Positions 1 to 11,285 of a stretch of DNA of 64,000 nucleotides are shown here, piece by piece. Position 1 is the stretch's first letter. Each line of letters begins with the position of its first letter. Source of the DNA: Rubripirellula sp. (lineage in GTDB: Bacteria > Planctomycetota > Planctomycetia > Pirellulales > Pirellulaceae); NCBI GenBank assembly GCA_965216875.1, contig OZ244207.1:4160001-4224000 (forward strand), in the 5' to 3' direction. A program made the position numbers and the translations under genes. The notes below the pieces were generated by a model, which saw only the letters and a program-made list of their open reading frames with translations, was not told the DNA's origin and did not search any database.

Positions 1-1696
1 TCGTTCCTTCGACCTCGAACGTTTCGTCCGTTGAGGTGTTCTGGAACGTCCCGGCGATGATGCCATCTTTCGTAATCGCCAATTGCAAGAAGAGCGTCGC
101 GTTCTCGGCCGATTCATCTTGCGAAAGTGCGAAAACGCCAAGCGGCAACCATTCCACTTCTTCCGGAACGTCTTCGGGAACTTGCGACGCAATCTCCTGG
201 GCCTGCAGAGCATACTCTTCGGCCGTTGCAATCACTTCGTTGTTGTAGACCACATTGTCGCCTTCGTAGTAACAGTTGTCGCCGTAGCTGATGTACGTCG
301 GACTACTGTCCCACGCTAACCAACCGGTGATCGCGACGGGCGTTGCCCAGATCCACCAATTGCGACGATAGCGTCCCCATCCCCAACGCCACGGACGATT
401 GTGCCAACCGTAGTGGGGCAAGTGGACCGGCGGGCGGTATCCAGGTGGACGCCAGCCTGGCGGACGTGTTCCGGGTGGACGCCAGCCCGGAGGACGTGTT
501 CCGGGTGGACGAAGGCCGGGGTAATGTCCCGGTGGTCGAGTGCCCGGTGGGCGAGTGCCGGGAGGTCGCGTTCCAGGTGGGCGAGTGCCGGGAGGTCGTG
601 TTCCTGGCGGCCTCGTTCCGGGTCGATCACCAGGACCGGTTCCGGGTGGGCGATTGCCAGGACGATCACCTGGGAGAGTACCAGGTCGATCGCCGGGCCC
701 TGTGCCAGGACGGTCGCCAGGTCCTGTGCCGGGACGGTCCCCAGGTCCTGTGCCGGGTGGGCGAGTACCGGGTCGGTCGCCAGGTCCTTGGCCGGGTCGT
801 TCGGGCAATGTGCCGGGTCGATCGCCGATGCCAGGCCGATCCCCAGGACCCGTGCCAGGTGGACGTGTACCCGGCCGATCACCAATACCGGGCCGATCAC
901 CAATTCCGGGCCGAGTGCCTGGGCCGCTTGGCAACGTTGAAGGCCGGTCACCGATACCGGGAGCCGGTGCGGGACGAGTCGAGGGTCGGTTCTGCAAAAA
1001 GTCTCCAGCGGCTCCACCGCCAGGTCGAACACCGGTCGAAGGACGGTCGAGACCGAGGAAGTCGTTGAGCTGACCTTGCGAAGGCCCCTTGAATCCACCC
1101 GAAGGCAAGTTGGCGCCGCCACCTGGGCGTTGTCCCAATCCACCACCGGGTCGCTGGCCGAGTCCAGGCGAACCACCTGGGCGTCCAATGCTCGGGTTAC
1201 TCGGGCGACTGCCTAATCCTGGATTGCTCGGTCGCGAGATTCCTGGGTTACTTGGTCGCGAAAGGCCGGGGTTACTCGGGCGACTGATTCCGGGGCTGCC
1301 GGGTCGCGAGAGACCTGGATTGCTGGGACGTGAAATGCCAGGGTTGCTCGGACGCGAGAGACCGGGGTTACTCGGCCGCGAAATGCCTGGCTGCGATGGA
1401 CGACTGAAGCTCGGTTGCGATGGACGCGAAAAACTCGGCTGCGACGGACGGCTAAAGCTCGGCTGTGACGGTCGACTGTAGCTTGGCCGGCTCACCGAAG
1501 GACGACTCATCGACGGTGAACGCCCCATCGAAGGACGACTCATCCCACCACCGCGACTCATGCCGCCGCCACCTCGGCTGATCCCGCCGCCGCGACCGCC
1601 ACCACCACGACCGCGGGCAAAGGTTGGCTCGCAAATCCAAAGTGTGGTTGCCAAAACGCAAGCCACACCCAAACACCATTTTGTGAACATCTTCAT
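1..1696 (-). CDS. Secreted Pro/Arg/Gly-repeat protein (planctomycete protocadherin-like cell-surface family), 3' end beyond window
   Basis: Manual translation from ATG at 1696: MKMFTKWCLGVACVLATTLWICEPTFA signal peptide, RGGG repeats, SRPSQPSF / SRPSNPG(I/L) / GDRPG / GTRPP repeats, then a W/Y-rich segment and globular region (EWLPLGVFAL...FLQLAITKDGIIAGT). No stop inside the window, so it is absent from the ORF track. Confidence 0.85.
   Translation of the reverse strand, partial: MKMFTKWCLGVACVLATTLWICEPTFARGRGGGGRGGGISRGGGGMSRGGGMSRPSMGRSPSMSRPSVSRPSYSRPSQPSFSRPSQPSFSRPSQPSFSRPSQPGISRPSNPGLSRPSNPGISRPSNPGLSRPGSPGISRPSNPGLSRPSNPGISRPSNPGLGSRPSNPSIGRPGGSPGLGQRPGGGLGQRPGGGANLPSGGFKGPSQGQLNDFLGLDRPSTGVRPGGGAAGDFLQNRPSTRPAPAPGIGDRPSTLPSGPGTRPGIGDRPGIGDRPGTRPPGTGPGDRPGIGDRPGTLPERPGQGPGDRPGTRPPGTGPGDRPGTGPGDRPGTGPGDRPGTLPGDRPGNRPPGTGPGDRPGTRPPGTRPPGTRPPGTRPPGTRPPGTRPPGHYPGLRPPGTRPPGWRPPGTRPPGWRPPGYRPPVHLPHYGWHNRPWRWGWGRYRRNWWIWATPVAITGWLAWDSSPTYISYGDNCYYEGDNVVYNNEVIATAEEYALQAQEIASQVPEDVPEEVEWLPLGVFALSQDESAENATLFLQLAITKDGIIAGTFQNTSTDETFEVEGT
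430..1500 (-). repeat. Intragenic 15-24 bp coding tandem repeats
   Basis: Imperfect units encoding GTRPP, (T/G)GPGDRPG, SRPSNPG(I/L) and SRPSQPSF. Confidence 0.85.
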
Positions 1697-1728
1697 TTCA
1701 TACACTCGTTGGCAGAGGGCGACTTCGT

Positions 1729-2667
1729 TTACTGGCGAACCACAACCACTTCGTCGAGATTGGGCAACAGGTTGCCGTCCAAGACGCGATTGATCTTTTT
1801 CCAGGTGTAGTTGCCGTCATCTTGGGGGCTAAAGATGCTCGTGAACGAACCACTCGCACCATCCGCAAGCGTCACCACCGACTGCACCACCCAATCATCA
1901 CCGTTTTGATTCCAAGTGCCTTGGACCACACCACCATTGGAATCAAACAGCCAAGAGCGAACCGTCTTTTCCTTGGCATCCCATCCGATGATTTGCAAAC
2001 CCGACGAATCGATCCCGTCTGGCGTGGACACCGAATAAGTCCGGCTCAAAAAATTCTCGTTCTCGGTGTAGCGACAAGTGATTTCGATTCGCACCCCTTC
2101 GGTGTCATCCACCCAACTTCCGACAAGCCAATCGAGGCCCTGCAAGTGATTCTGCTTGCTCTGTTCAACGACGATGTCGTCTTCGGTCACGCGATCGACC
2201 AACCACTTGCCGTCCTGTTTGACGTAGACGGCGCTATAGTTTGATTGGCTCGCGCTATCACCGCGAACCACAGTCGCCGTTCCGCGTTCAAGTGCGACAC
2301 TTGGTGAAATCAATTCGACCGATTCGGTCGCAACACTCAACTTTGGCGGGTTGTCGCCAGCAAGGATTTCGCCAAAGTCCTTTTCCATCGCCTGGCGACC
2401 GACGATGCGTTGGCCGCTGGTGCGACTGGTGTATACACCGCCTGGCGACCAAAGAGCGGCGACCGCCTTGGCGTCGGCCTTGTTAAACGCCGCGACATAG
2501 GCCTCAACGGCCGACTCGACCTCGCCAACCGCTTTCGCGATCGCAGCCGCCGTGGGATCGGCATCCGAGGCATCCGTGGTCGCCTTGGCGGCGTCTTGTG
2601 CGTACGAAATTGACGCCACGGCCATCGCCATCAGGGTCAACGAGAGGACAAGGTAGCGGTACATCAT
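1729..2667 (-). CDS. Secreted NTF2-like (SgcJ/EcaC/DUF4440, YybH-type) two-domain protein
   Basis: Signal peptide after MMYRY; YVAAFNKADAKAVAALW...YVKQDGKWLV NTF2 pattern; second domain LDWLVGSW...IIGWD. Start chosen at 2667 rather than 2754. Confidence 0.75.
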   Translation of the reverse strand: MMYRYLVLSLTLMAMAVASISYAQDAAKATTDASDADPTAAAIAKAVGEVESAVEAYVAAFNKADAKAVAALWSPGGVYTSRTSGQRIVGRQAMEKDFGEILAGDNPPKLSVATESVELISPSVALERGTATVVRGDSASQSNYSAVYVKQDGKWLVDRVTEDDIVVEQSKQNHLQGLDWLVGSWVDDTEGVRIEITCRYTENENFLSRTYSVSTPDGIDSSGLQIIGWDAKEKTVRSWLFDSNGGVVQGTWNQNGDDWVVQSVVTLADGASGSFTSIFSPQDDGNYTWKKINRVLDGNLLPNLDEVVVVRQ

Positions 2668-3007
2668 CAGGGAGGCTCCGGCTCTGAAAATTCGCTTGGA
2701 CGTTGAAAGCATGCTTCGGCGATTGACGATCGTTCCGGTGACACGTTTACGCACCGGCGTTTTGGTCGAGAAGTTCCTGGATTATAGAACCGCTCCGTTA
2801 CGAAAACACCGTCCAAGCATGCTCTTTTTTCATGGGTCGCTCTGAGAACCCGTCGCTACGCTCGCAAAAAGGAGATTGGACGACGAACCCAAAGTCCGTC
2901 GCGTCATTTTGCGAAAGAGCCCGCAGAATTCGGCGAAGTTTTCAGCGATTGAGATCAATGCCGGATTCGCGTCGGTGGCGTTTCTTGATCCGGCCTACGT
3001 ACAGATC

Positions 3008-3751
3008 TTAGAGTCCTGCCAACTCTTCGTCGCGGTGGCGCAGTGCCTCAAAGGCCTCGTCAAAATCGGTGGTGTCACAGACCACCAGCCCGTCCCGCAG
3101 AACGATTTGACGGTTAGCCACTCGAGCGACATCGGGATCATGCGTCACCAGAATCACCGTGATCTGATCCCGTTGGTTTAGCTCCATGAACAATTGGATC
3201 ATTTCGCGACTCGTACGTGAGTCGAGATTCCCCGTCGGCTCATCCCCCATCAAGATATTCGGGCAATTGACCAGCGCACGCGCCACTGCAACGCGTTGTT
3301 GCTGGCCACCACTGAGTTGCCCGGGATGATGGTCGAGCCGATCGCCGAGCCCAACGCGCTGAAGCATCTCGACCGCCCGTTGATGCCGTTTCGATGCGCT
3401 GATTCCTGACCGATACAAAAGAGGCAGCTCAACGTTTTCGATCGCCGACGTCCTGTTGAGCAGATTGAAGTTCTGGAAGACGAACCCAATCTGTTCGTTG
3501 CGAATCCGAGCCCGCTGATCGCGATTCATTTTCACGATCTCGTGCCCGTCCAATTGATACGAACCTGACGTCGGCCGATCGAGACAGCCGAGGGTGTTCA
3601 TCAAAGTCGACTTGCCGCTCCCCGATTGGCCGACCAACGCAACGAACTCTCCGCGTTGTATCGACAACGACACGCCGCGCAGCGCATCGACGCGGACTTC
3701 CTCGAGCTGGTAGGACTTGCAAACTTCGCGAACTTCGATCAGCGGCATCAA
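3008..3751 (-). CDS. ABC transporter ATP-binding protein (MacB/LolD-like)
   Basis: Walker A GQSGSGKST, signature LSGGQQQRVA, Walker B-like ILMGDEPTGNLD, VTHD. Confidence 0.92.
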   Translation of the reverse strand: MMPLIEVREVCKSYQLEEVRVDALRGVSLSIQRGEFVALVGQSGSGKSTLMNTLGCLDRPTSGSYQLDGHEIVKMNRDQRARIRNEQIGFVFQNFNLLNRTSAIENVELPLLYRSGISASKRHQRAVEMLQRVGLGDRLDHHPGQLSGGQQQRVAVARALVNCPNILMGDEPTGNLDSRTSREMIQLFMELNQRDQITVILVTHDPDVARVANRQIVLRDGLVVCDTTDFDEAFEALRHRDEELAGL

Positions 3752-3757
3752 TTCTCT

Positions 3758-5134
3758 TTACAGGTACTCGCGTTTCTTGATCAATCCAGGCATCGGCACG
3801 CTGTAGGTACCGTCCTTTTTCGCTTTCAGCGGTGCTTCCGAATCGAGCGCAAGGTTCTCGATGTCCGGCGCGAACTCATGCCCGTTGTTGAGGAACTTAT
3901 CGAGCGTCCACTCTTGCCCGGTGTGAGCCGCCATGCGTCCCATCGAGGTCACGGCACTGGCCATCACACCACGTTCAACTTCATTGTACGGCAGATCCTC
4001 GCGCACAGCAGCGACGAGGTCATTCCATTCCACCTGATAGGGATTAGGTTCCTTTTCGCCAAAGGCCCAAATCAGATTCTTTTTGTCGATGTTGTGTCCG
4101 CGGTAGGTTCGACAGCGTGCCGGCGTATGCGTTGCAGTCGAGATGACCCCGATTCCCTTTGTGCCGTGAGCATAGCTGGCAAACTCTCGCTTGCAGCCCG
4201 GAATGGTGCGTCCTTCGACAAACAGCTTCGCACCATCGGCGAACGTGTATTCGATCGAGTAGGTGTCAAAGTTTTGATCAACGCAATCATCACGATAATG
4301 TCGTCCGCCACTGGCAATCGCTTTGACCGGCCAATCGTTTTTCATCCAACACGATTCATCGATGTTGTGGATGAGAAAATCGGAAACGGCACCACCGCTG
4401 AGCCACAAGAACCCATGAAAGTTCTTGATCTGAAACTGCAGCTCGCTCATGTCGGTGGTGTTCGGTTGCGTCGCCGCCGAACCGGTTGGCCCGGTCATTC
4501 GATACGCTCGCAACATGTTGATCTCGCCAATCTCTCCGCTCTGAATGCGATCGAAAAGCTCTTTTCGCGCGTGACAATGGCGACACATCAAGCCGACACC
4601 GACTTTCAAGTCCTTTTCGAGTGCGAGCTTATTTAGCTCGAGCATCCGCAACGATGTCGGGCCATCCACCGTCACTGGCTTTTCCATGAAGACGTTCAAA
4701 CCACGCTCGATCGCATACTTGTAATGCACCCAGCGAAACGCGGGCGGCGTTGCCAAGATCACGATGTCGCCTGGGCGAAGCGTGTCCATCGCGCTCTTGT
4801 AGGCATCAAAACCAATGAACTTGTGATCTTCCGAGACTTCGACCCGCGAGCCAACACCCTCGTCTTCTGACAGTGATGTGTAAGTGCCTTTCAGGTTGTT
4901 TTCGAAAACATCACCCAGCGCAACCAACTTGATCGGGCCACCGGAGACCGACAGGGCCTGCCGAGCCGCACCCGTACCACGGCCGCCACACCCCACAAGC
5001 GCTACGCGCAACGTGTTGTCTTCGGCCGCATGCACACTGGGCATCGCACTGACAAGCGTCGAGGCAGCCGCCACCGCTCCGGTACTCTTCAAAAACTGGC
5101 GTCGAGGATTCGATCGATTTGCACCGTCGGACAT
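3758..5134 (-). CDS. Tat-exported Gfo/Idh/MocA family oxidoreductase
   Basis: RRQFLK Tat motif, VGCGGRG, EKPV, IHNID. Confidence 0.9.
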   Translation of the reverse strand: MSDGANRSNPRRQFLKSTGAVAAASTLVSAMPSVHAAEDNTLRVALVGCGGRGTGAARQALSVSGGPIKLVALGDVFENNLKGTYTSLSEDEGVGSRVEVSEDHKFIGFDAYKSAMDTLRPGDIVILATPPAFRWVHYKYAIERGLNVFMEKPVTVDGPTSLRMLELNKLALEKDLKVGVGLMCRHCHARKELFDRIQSGEIGEINMLRAYRMTGPTGSAATQPNTTDMSELQFQIKNFHGFLWLSGGAVSDFLIHNIDESCWMKNDWPVKAIASGGRHYRDDCVDQNFDTYSIEYTFADGAKLFVEGRTIPGCKREFASYAHGTKGIGVISTATHTPARCRTYRGHNIDKKNLIWAFGEKEPNPYQVEWNDLVAAVREDLPYNEVERGVMASAVTSMGRMAAHTGQEWTLDKFLNNGHEFAPDIENLALDSEAPLKAKKDGTYSVPMPGLIKKREYL

Positions 5135-5247
5135 GAGTAGAAACTCCAGGGGTGGGATGATTCGGAGAGCGGGTGGGAGGTGTGCAGTTTAGTTCGCCGA
5201 GAAAGGACGTGCGCGGCAGTCCATTGCGCGACGATACTTCCGGGGCT

Positions 5248-6294
<1,047 letters not shown>

Positions 6295-6570
6295 GCGGTT
6301 TCCTAGGCAGGTTCGAGAGGCGGGAGGGAGGGCCTATTGTAATCGACATTCTTTGCTCTTGGCGTGAGCAGCGATGGCGTTAGCTGCCGATCGTAAACAG
6401 TCAATGAAAAGAGCACTGGCTCGAAAAAGGAACCACGGATAACACTGATTGCACGGATAAGAAACGTTTCAGATTGAGCGGCTTTGGCGCTGGCCGCCGG
6501 TCCTTTGAATCAGCAACGAAAGAAACGCGGAGCGAGGAAGAACGAACCAGGGGTCGGCCCCTACATCCGA

Positions 6571-6954
6571 TCAAGAACGATGAAAATGGACGTGTTGCCA
6601 TTTACCGTCCACACGATGCCAAACGCGCGTCTCTTCGGTGCACGACGTGCGACTTTGACCATCATCGCCGACACGCTGCGACAGCCGAACATAGGCAATC
6701 AGTGCTGCGTCGCCCATGATTCGCACGTGCGGGCTACTGATCGTTGTTGTCACGTTTGCGTAAGGCGACCCTTTGCCCATTTCGAAATAGTGCTTATGAA
6801 ACTCCATCCCTTGGACCAAGTGCCCCTCCGCTTCAGGTTCGATCGCGGTGAGATCGTTGGCACAGAGTTCGGTGTACGTTTCCCAATCGGCGTTTGTAAT
6901 CGCGTCGACCAGCCGCTTGGTCAACTCAACAATCTCGATTTGTTCCGCATTCAT
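6571..6954 (-). CDS. Stand-alone CaMKII association (hub) domain-like protein, NTF2 fold
   Basis: EPEAEGHLVQGMEFHKHYF, AYVRLSQ and EETRVWHRVDGKWQHVHFHRS closely match animal CaMKII hub motifs. Confidence 0.85.
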   Translation of the reverse strand: MNAEQIEIVELTKRLVDAITNADWETYTELCANDLTAIEPEAEGHLVQGMEFHKHYFEMGKGSPYANVTTTISSPHVRIMGDAALIAYVRLSQRVGDDGQSRTSCTEETRVWHRVDGKWQHVHFHRS

Positions 6955-6969
6955 TTTTTTGCGTTGCCG

Positions 6970-7908
6970 TTATTTGTGGACATAACCTTGCGGCGAAAGG
7001 CGTTCGAGTTTGCCTTTCTGACGCTTCCAGAGTCCCGTTCGTCCGACGACATTTCCGATTTGAGTCAAGTAAACGCCGGGGGTTTGAGCACAGATTCGAT
7101 CTGCGTCCTCCTGACTCATTGTCATGATCAACTCAAAGTCTTCTCCGTCGCTCCACGCATGCTCCATCGGCGTGCGTCCCGAATCGGCCGACATCTGAAT
7201 CGCATCGTCGTGAATGGGGATGTCCATCATGTCCAACTCAGCCCCCACGCCGCTTGAGGCGCACAACCGATCCAGATCGAGGGACAACCCATCGCTTATA
7301 TCAATCGCGGCGTGCACGTCGACCATCGTGCGCAGGTAAAGGGCAAGGGCGACGCGCGGTTCGGGCCGAAGATGACGCCCCAGCAGACTGCCGCCAACGG
7401 CGCCCGAGACGACGATCGCATCGCCTTCCTGTGCTTCACTGCGCAGCCACGGACGACACGGCGTCCCATCAGATGCTTCAGGCACGCTGCCCAACAGCGT
7501 CACGGAAATTGCGAGAGGCCCGTCATAAGTTGTGATGTCGCCACCGGCAATCGCAATCTCGAATTCTTCGGCAGCTTCCAAAATCCCGTCGTAGACTTCG
7601 CCAGCGATGCGAGTCGCACTTTGCTTTGGCAGCGTAAGGGTCACGAGCGCCGAGGAGGGGCGACATCCCATCGCCGCAACATCGCTCAAGTTGATCGCCA
7701 TCGCTTTGTAACCAACATCGGCAAGCGAATGGGTATCGCTGTCAAAGTCCACTTTGTCAACGATTTGGTCGGTGCATGCGATGGTTTGCGCCGGTGTGCC
7801 ATTGATCACATTGGCATCGATCACTGCCGCATCGTCGCCAATTCCGAGTGCAACCTGGGGCAACTTGCGACAACGACCGCGCAGGTAGGCTAGAAAAGAT
7901 TGTTCCAC
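6970..7908 (-). CDS. thiL: Thiamine-monophosphate kinase
   Basis: GIGDDAA, NLSDVAAMG, GGD, IDISDGL, GEDFEL. Confidence 0.93.
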   Translation of the reverse strand: MEQSFLAYLRGRCRKLPQVALGIGDDAAVIDANVINGTPAQTIACTDQIVDKVDFDSDTHSLADVGYKAMAINLSDVAAMGCRPSSALVTLTLPKQSATRIAGEVYDGILEAAEEFEIAIAGGDITTYDGPLAISVTLLGSVPEASDGTPCRPWLRSEAQEGDAIVVSGAVGGSLLGRHLRPEPRVALALYLRTMVDVHAAIDISDGLSLDLDRLCASSGVGAELDMMDIPIHDDAIQMSADSGRTPMEHAWSDGEDFELIMTMSQEDADRICAQTPGVYLTQIGNVVGRTGLWKRQKGKLERLSPQGYVHK

Positions 7909-8194
7909 GTCAGCGTTCGTTCAAAAAAGTGATTGAATTCAAGCGAGAATCGTATCGAATCTCCGCCCGATCGAAAACGGTCGACCTGATTGAATTCACC
8001 TCGGCAAAGGCCGTTGTCGGCCACACCGCCGGTGCTTTCAACTCGCTACAATGAGGATCGATGTTGCCGGGGCATCTCTGCTGCTCAATCACGCAGTACG
8101 CAGCCCCAGCAAAATTCTGCGGTCCACACGACTGCCGCGTTCATGGTCGGCAGCTCGAAACCGCGCCACCCCCCGCATTTGTTGAGGCTGAAAA

Positions 8195-9664
8195 ATGTCT
8201 GCCACAATCTCATCGCCCCCCGACATTGAAATCCGCGAAACCGAATGCTTCATCGATGGCAAATGGGTGCCAGCGGCGAGCGGAAAAACCTTCGCAACGA
8301 TCAATCCGGCGACCGAACAAGAAATCGCACAAGTCGCCGAAGGCGATGCCGCCGATGTGGATGCCGCTGCCAAAGCAGCCCGTCACGCTTTCGAAGAAGG
8401 CGAATGGTCTCGGATGGACGCCCGTGACCGCGGTCGCCTGATGTACAAACTTGCCGACGCAATGGAAGCCGAGATCGATGAACTCGCGCGACTCGAAACG
8501 CTCGACAACGGCAAACCGTTCAACGACAGTCGCAACGGCGACCTTCCGCTTTCGATCGATTGCCTGAGGTACTACGCCGGGTACGCCGACAAGATTCATG
8601 GCAGCACGATTCCGATTCGCGGCAACCACCTCTGCTACACACGCCGAGAACCGATTGGCGTTGCCGGCCAAATCATTCCGTGGAATTTTCCAATTCTGAT
8701 GACCGCCTGGAAGTGGGGTCCCGCACTCGCTGCCGGCTGCACGATCGTGATGAAGCCGGCCGAACAGACACCACTGACCTGTTTGCGTTTGGCGCAAATG
8801 GCACAAGACGTTGGCATCCCTGACGGTGTCATCAATGTCGTGCCCGGGTTTGGCCCCACCGCTGGCTCAGCCGTTGTCAAACACCCGCTCATCGACAAGA
8901 TCGCATTCACCGGCGAACACCGCACCGCTCAAACCATCACGCGTGAATCGGCCGACACGCTCAAACGCCTTACGTTTGAACTTGGTGGCAAGAGTCCGAA
9001 CGTGATTTTCGCCGATGCCGACTTGGACGCCGCCGCAATGGGCGCCTACATCGGCTTGTTCCTTAACCAAGGACAATGCTGCTGTGCCGGCAGCCGCGTG
9101 TTTGTCGAATCAAGCAAGCACGATGCGTTCCTTGAAAAACTGCAAGCCTTGACCGTAAAACGAAAAGTGGGCGACCCGTTTGCCGCCGACACCGAACAGG
9201 GCCCGCAAGTCGACAAGGCTCAGTTCGACAAGATCATGTCGTACATCGACAAAGGAAAGAATGAAGGTGCCAACTGCGTTGCCGGTGGCAATCGCGTCGG
9301 TGACCAAGGTTACTTCATCGAACCAACCATCTTTGACGGCGTAAACGACAGCATGTCGATCGCGACCGATGAGATCTTTGGCCCGGTGCTGAGCGTGCTG
9401 ACGTTCGACGACAAAGAAGACATGATCCGGCGCGCCAACAACACGTTTTACGGATTGGCGGCTGCCGTCTGGACTCGCGATATCTCGACCGCTCACGAGT
9501 TTGCCAAACGCGTTCGAGCGGGAACAGTTTGGGTCAATTGCTATGACGTGTTCGACGCAGCGGCACCGTTCGGCGGCTTCAAGATGAGTGGCTACGGACG
9601 TGAGCTGGGCGAAGAAGGCCTCAAGGCCTACACCGAAAGCAAGACGGTCACCATCGCGCTGTAA
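8195..9664 (+). CDS. NAD-dependent aldehyde dehydrogenase (ALDH1/2-like)
   Basis: [43 protein letters not shown]. Confidence 0.95.
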   Translation: MSATISSPPDIEIRETECFIDGKWVPAASGKTFATINPATEQEIAQVAEGDAADVDAAAKAARHAFEEGEWSRMDARDRGRLMYKLADAMEAEIDELARLETLDNGKPFNDSRNGDLPLSIDCLRYYAGYADKIHGSTIPIRGNHLCYTRREPIGVAGQIIPWNFPILMTAWKWGPALAAGCTIVMKPAEQTPLTCLRLAQMAQDVGIPDGVINVVPGFGPTAGSAVVKHPLIDKIAFTGEHRTAQTITRESADTLKRLTFELGGKSPNVIFADADLDAAAMGAYIGLFLNQGQCCCAGSRVFVESSKHDAFLEKLQALTVKRKVGDPFAADTEQGPQVDKAQFDKIMSYIDKGKNEGANCVAGGNRVGDQGYFIEPTIFDGVNDSMSIATDEIFGPVLSVLTFDDKEDMIRRANNTFYGLAAAVWTRDISTAHEFAKRVRAGTVWVNCYDVFDAAAPFGGFKMSGYGRELGEEGLKAYTESKTVTIAL

Positions 9665-9673
9665 GCGAGATTT

Positions 9674-11104
9674 ATGAACGAAACGATCACGCAAGTCGCG
9701 GAACAACAATTCCAGTTCATGACAGCCCTGCCGTGGCTGTTGTTGGTGACGCTGACCCTGCCATTGTTGGTCGCGGCAAAGATGAAGATCTTTCCGACGC
9801 TGATTTGGTGCGGGTTGTTGGGGCTGTCGATGTTCGCCAGCTTCATCACCATCTTCCAACCTGTTGGCCTGGTCTTTGTCCTCTCTCTCGACTTGCTGAT
9901 CGTGACGGTGGTTGCGATCGATTTCTTGCTCGTCTTCTTGACGACCAACCGAGGGATCGAAGTCCATCGCGAGATGCCACGAACCTGTTCGCTCGGCGTT
10001 CCGCTCGAAAGTGAACTCACAGTCGAAAACCGGACGCCGCTGACGCTGCGTGGTTCGGTTCGTGATGACTTACCGCAAAACTTTAGAACATCGCCCGAGG
10101 AGCACCGCCTTTCGCTTCCACCAATGGGGCGAATGACAGCTGTTCGAAAGTTGACCCCCGGTCGCCGCGGCGCGTTTCAACTCGAGCATGTCTACTTGCA
10201 GTTCTACAGTCCGTTGCGACTGTGGACGCGTCACCGACGGCTCGACTTGCCACACAAGTTGAACGTCTATCCCGACATGAAGCAGCTTTCCGACTACGCG
10301 TTGCTTGCACGCACGAATCGACTCAGTCTGATCGGTGTGCGTCGGACACGACGCGTTGGCCAGGACAGTGAATTCGAACGCTTGCGTGACTACACGCGAG
10401 ATGACAACTACCGGCACATCGATTGGCGAAGCACCGCGCGGCGCCGAAAGCTGACCGTCCGCCAATTCCAAAACGACCAAAGCCAGCGCGTCATCTTTCT
10501 GCTTGATTGCGGTCGCATGATGACCAACGAAGCGGGTGGTTATTCGCTGCTTGATCACGCACTCAATTCAACGCTGATGATGGCGTACGTTGCGTTATCG
10601 CAGGGTGACTCGGTCGGAATGCTCTGTTTTTCGGACACGATCCATTCGTACATCCCGCCGCGCGGTGGTGCGAGCCAAATGAATCGGTTGATCCAAGCGG
10701 GCTTTGACCAATTCCCACGCTTGGTTGAATCACGCTATGACCAAGCGTTCCTTTATCTGTCATCCAATTGTAAACGACGTTCACTCGTCGTCCTGGCAAC
10801 CAACGTGATCGACGAAGTCAACGCGGCGTCGGTGGTTGACTACCTTGGCAACATCAACGGACAACATTTGCCACTTGGCGTGCTGCTTCGCGACCGAGTG
10901 ATGTTCGAGGCGGCCGATTCACCCGATGGCGATCCCTTTCAGATGTACCGCGCCGCCGCCGCGGCTGACATTCTGTTGTGGCGTGACCAGATCGTCAAAG
11001 ACCTGCAACACCGCGGCGTTCTCGTCGTCGACGCTTTCCCCGACGAATTGACAGCGCCCCTGGTCAACCAATATCTCGAAGTCAAAGCCAAACACCTGCT
11101 TTGA
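9674..11104 (+). CDS. DUF58/vWA-domain membrane protein
   Basis: N-terminal TM helices; EFERLRDY..DDNYRHIDWRSTAR; LLDCGRMM. Confidence 0.88.
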   Translation: MNETITQVAEQQFQFMTALPWLLLVTLTLPLLVAAKMKIFPTLIWCGLLGLSMFASFITIFQPVGLVFVLSLDLLIVTVVAIDFLLVFLTTNRGIEVHREMPRTCSLGVPLESELTVENRTPLTLRGSVRDDLPQNFRTSPEEHRLSLPPMGRMTAVRKLTPGRRGAFQLEHVYLQFYSPLRLWTRHRRLDLPHKLNVYPDMKQLSDYALLARTNRLSLIGVRRTRRVGQDSEFERLRDYTRDDNYRHIDWRSTARRRKLTVRQFQNDQSQRVIFLLDCGRMMTNEAGGYSLLDHALNSTLMMAYVALSQGDSVGMLCFSDTIHSYIPPRGGASQMNRLIQAGFDQFPRLVESRYDQAFLYLSSNCKRRSLVVLATNVIDEVNAASVVDYLGNINGQHLPLGVLLRDRVMFEAADSPDGDPFQMYRAAAAADILLWRDQIVKDLQHRGVLVVDAFPDELTAPLVNQYLEVKAKHLL

Positions 11105-11116
11105 GCATCCACGCCA

Positions 11117-11283
11117 CGTGAGCCGAAGGCGCTAGCCTCGGGCCACAGATACAAAGACGAAAGGCCCCTGACAAGCACGGCCACGCAAGGCCCGACGCTA
11201 GCGCGTTCGGCTCACGATTCGTTCGTAGTACCGCCTTTAGGCGGAAGAGCATGCAGATTCCGGCAAAAGCCGGTACGACGAAC
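11117..11283. repeat. REP-like palindrome cluster between convergent genes
   Basis: Inverted pair GTGAGCCGAAGGCGCTAGC..GGGCC / GGCCCGACGCTAGCGCGTTCGGCTCAC plus GTTCGTAGTACCG..CGGTACGACGAAC double hairpin; recurs at ~36.8, 50.6 and 56.7 kb. Confidence 0.85.
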
Positions 11284-11285
11284 GG

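Noticed and set aside
316..1481. Overlapping Pro/Gly/Arg-rich ORFs in the track
   Set aside because: Shadow frames of the real minus-strand gene starting at 1696.
3008..3751. ABC ATPase as exporter for the biosynthetic or Fap-like locus, or partner of the 36971-38608 permease
   Set aside because: Distant, MacB/LolD-type rather than ABC-2-type, and no linking evidence.
6420..6545. Short ACGGATAA-type repeats as an ncRNA
   Set aside because: Too short and degenerate; probably a remnant of the same interspersed repeat classes.
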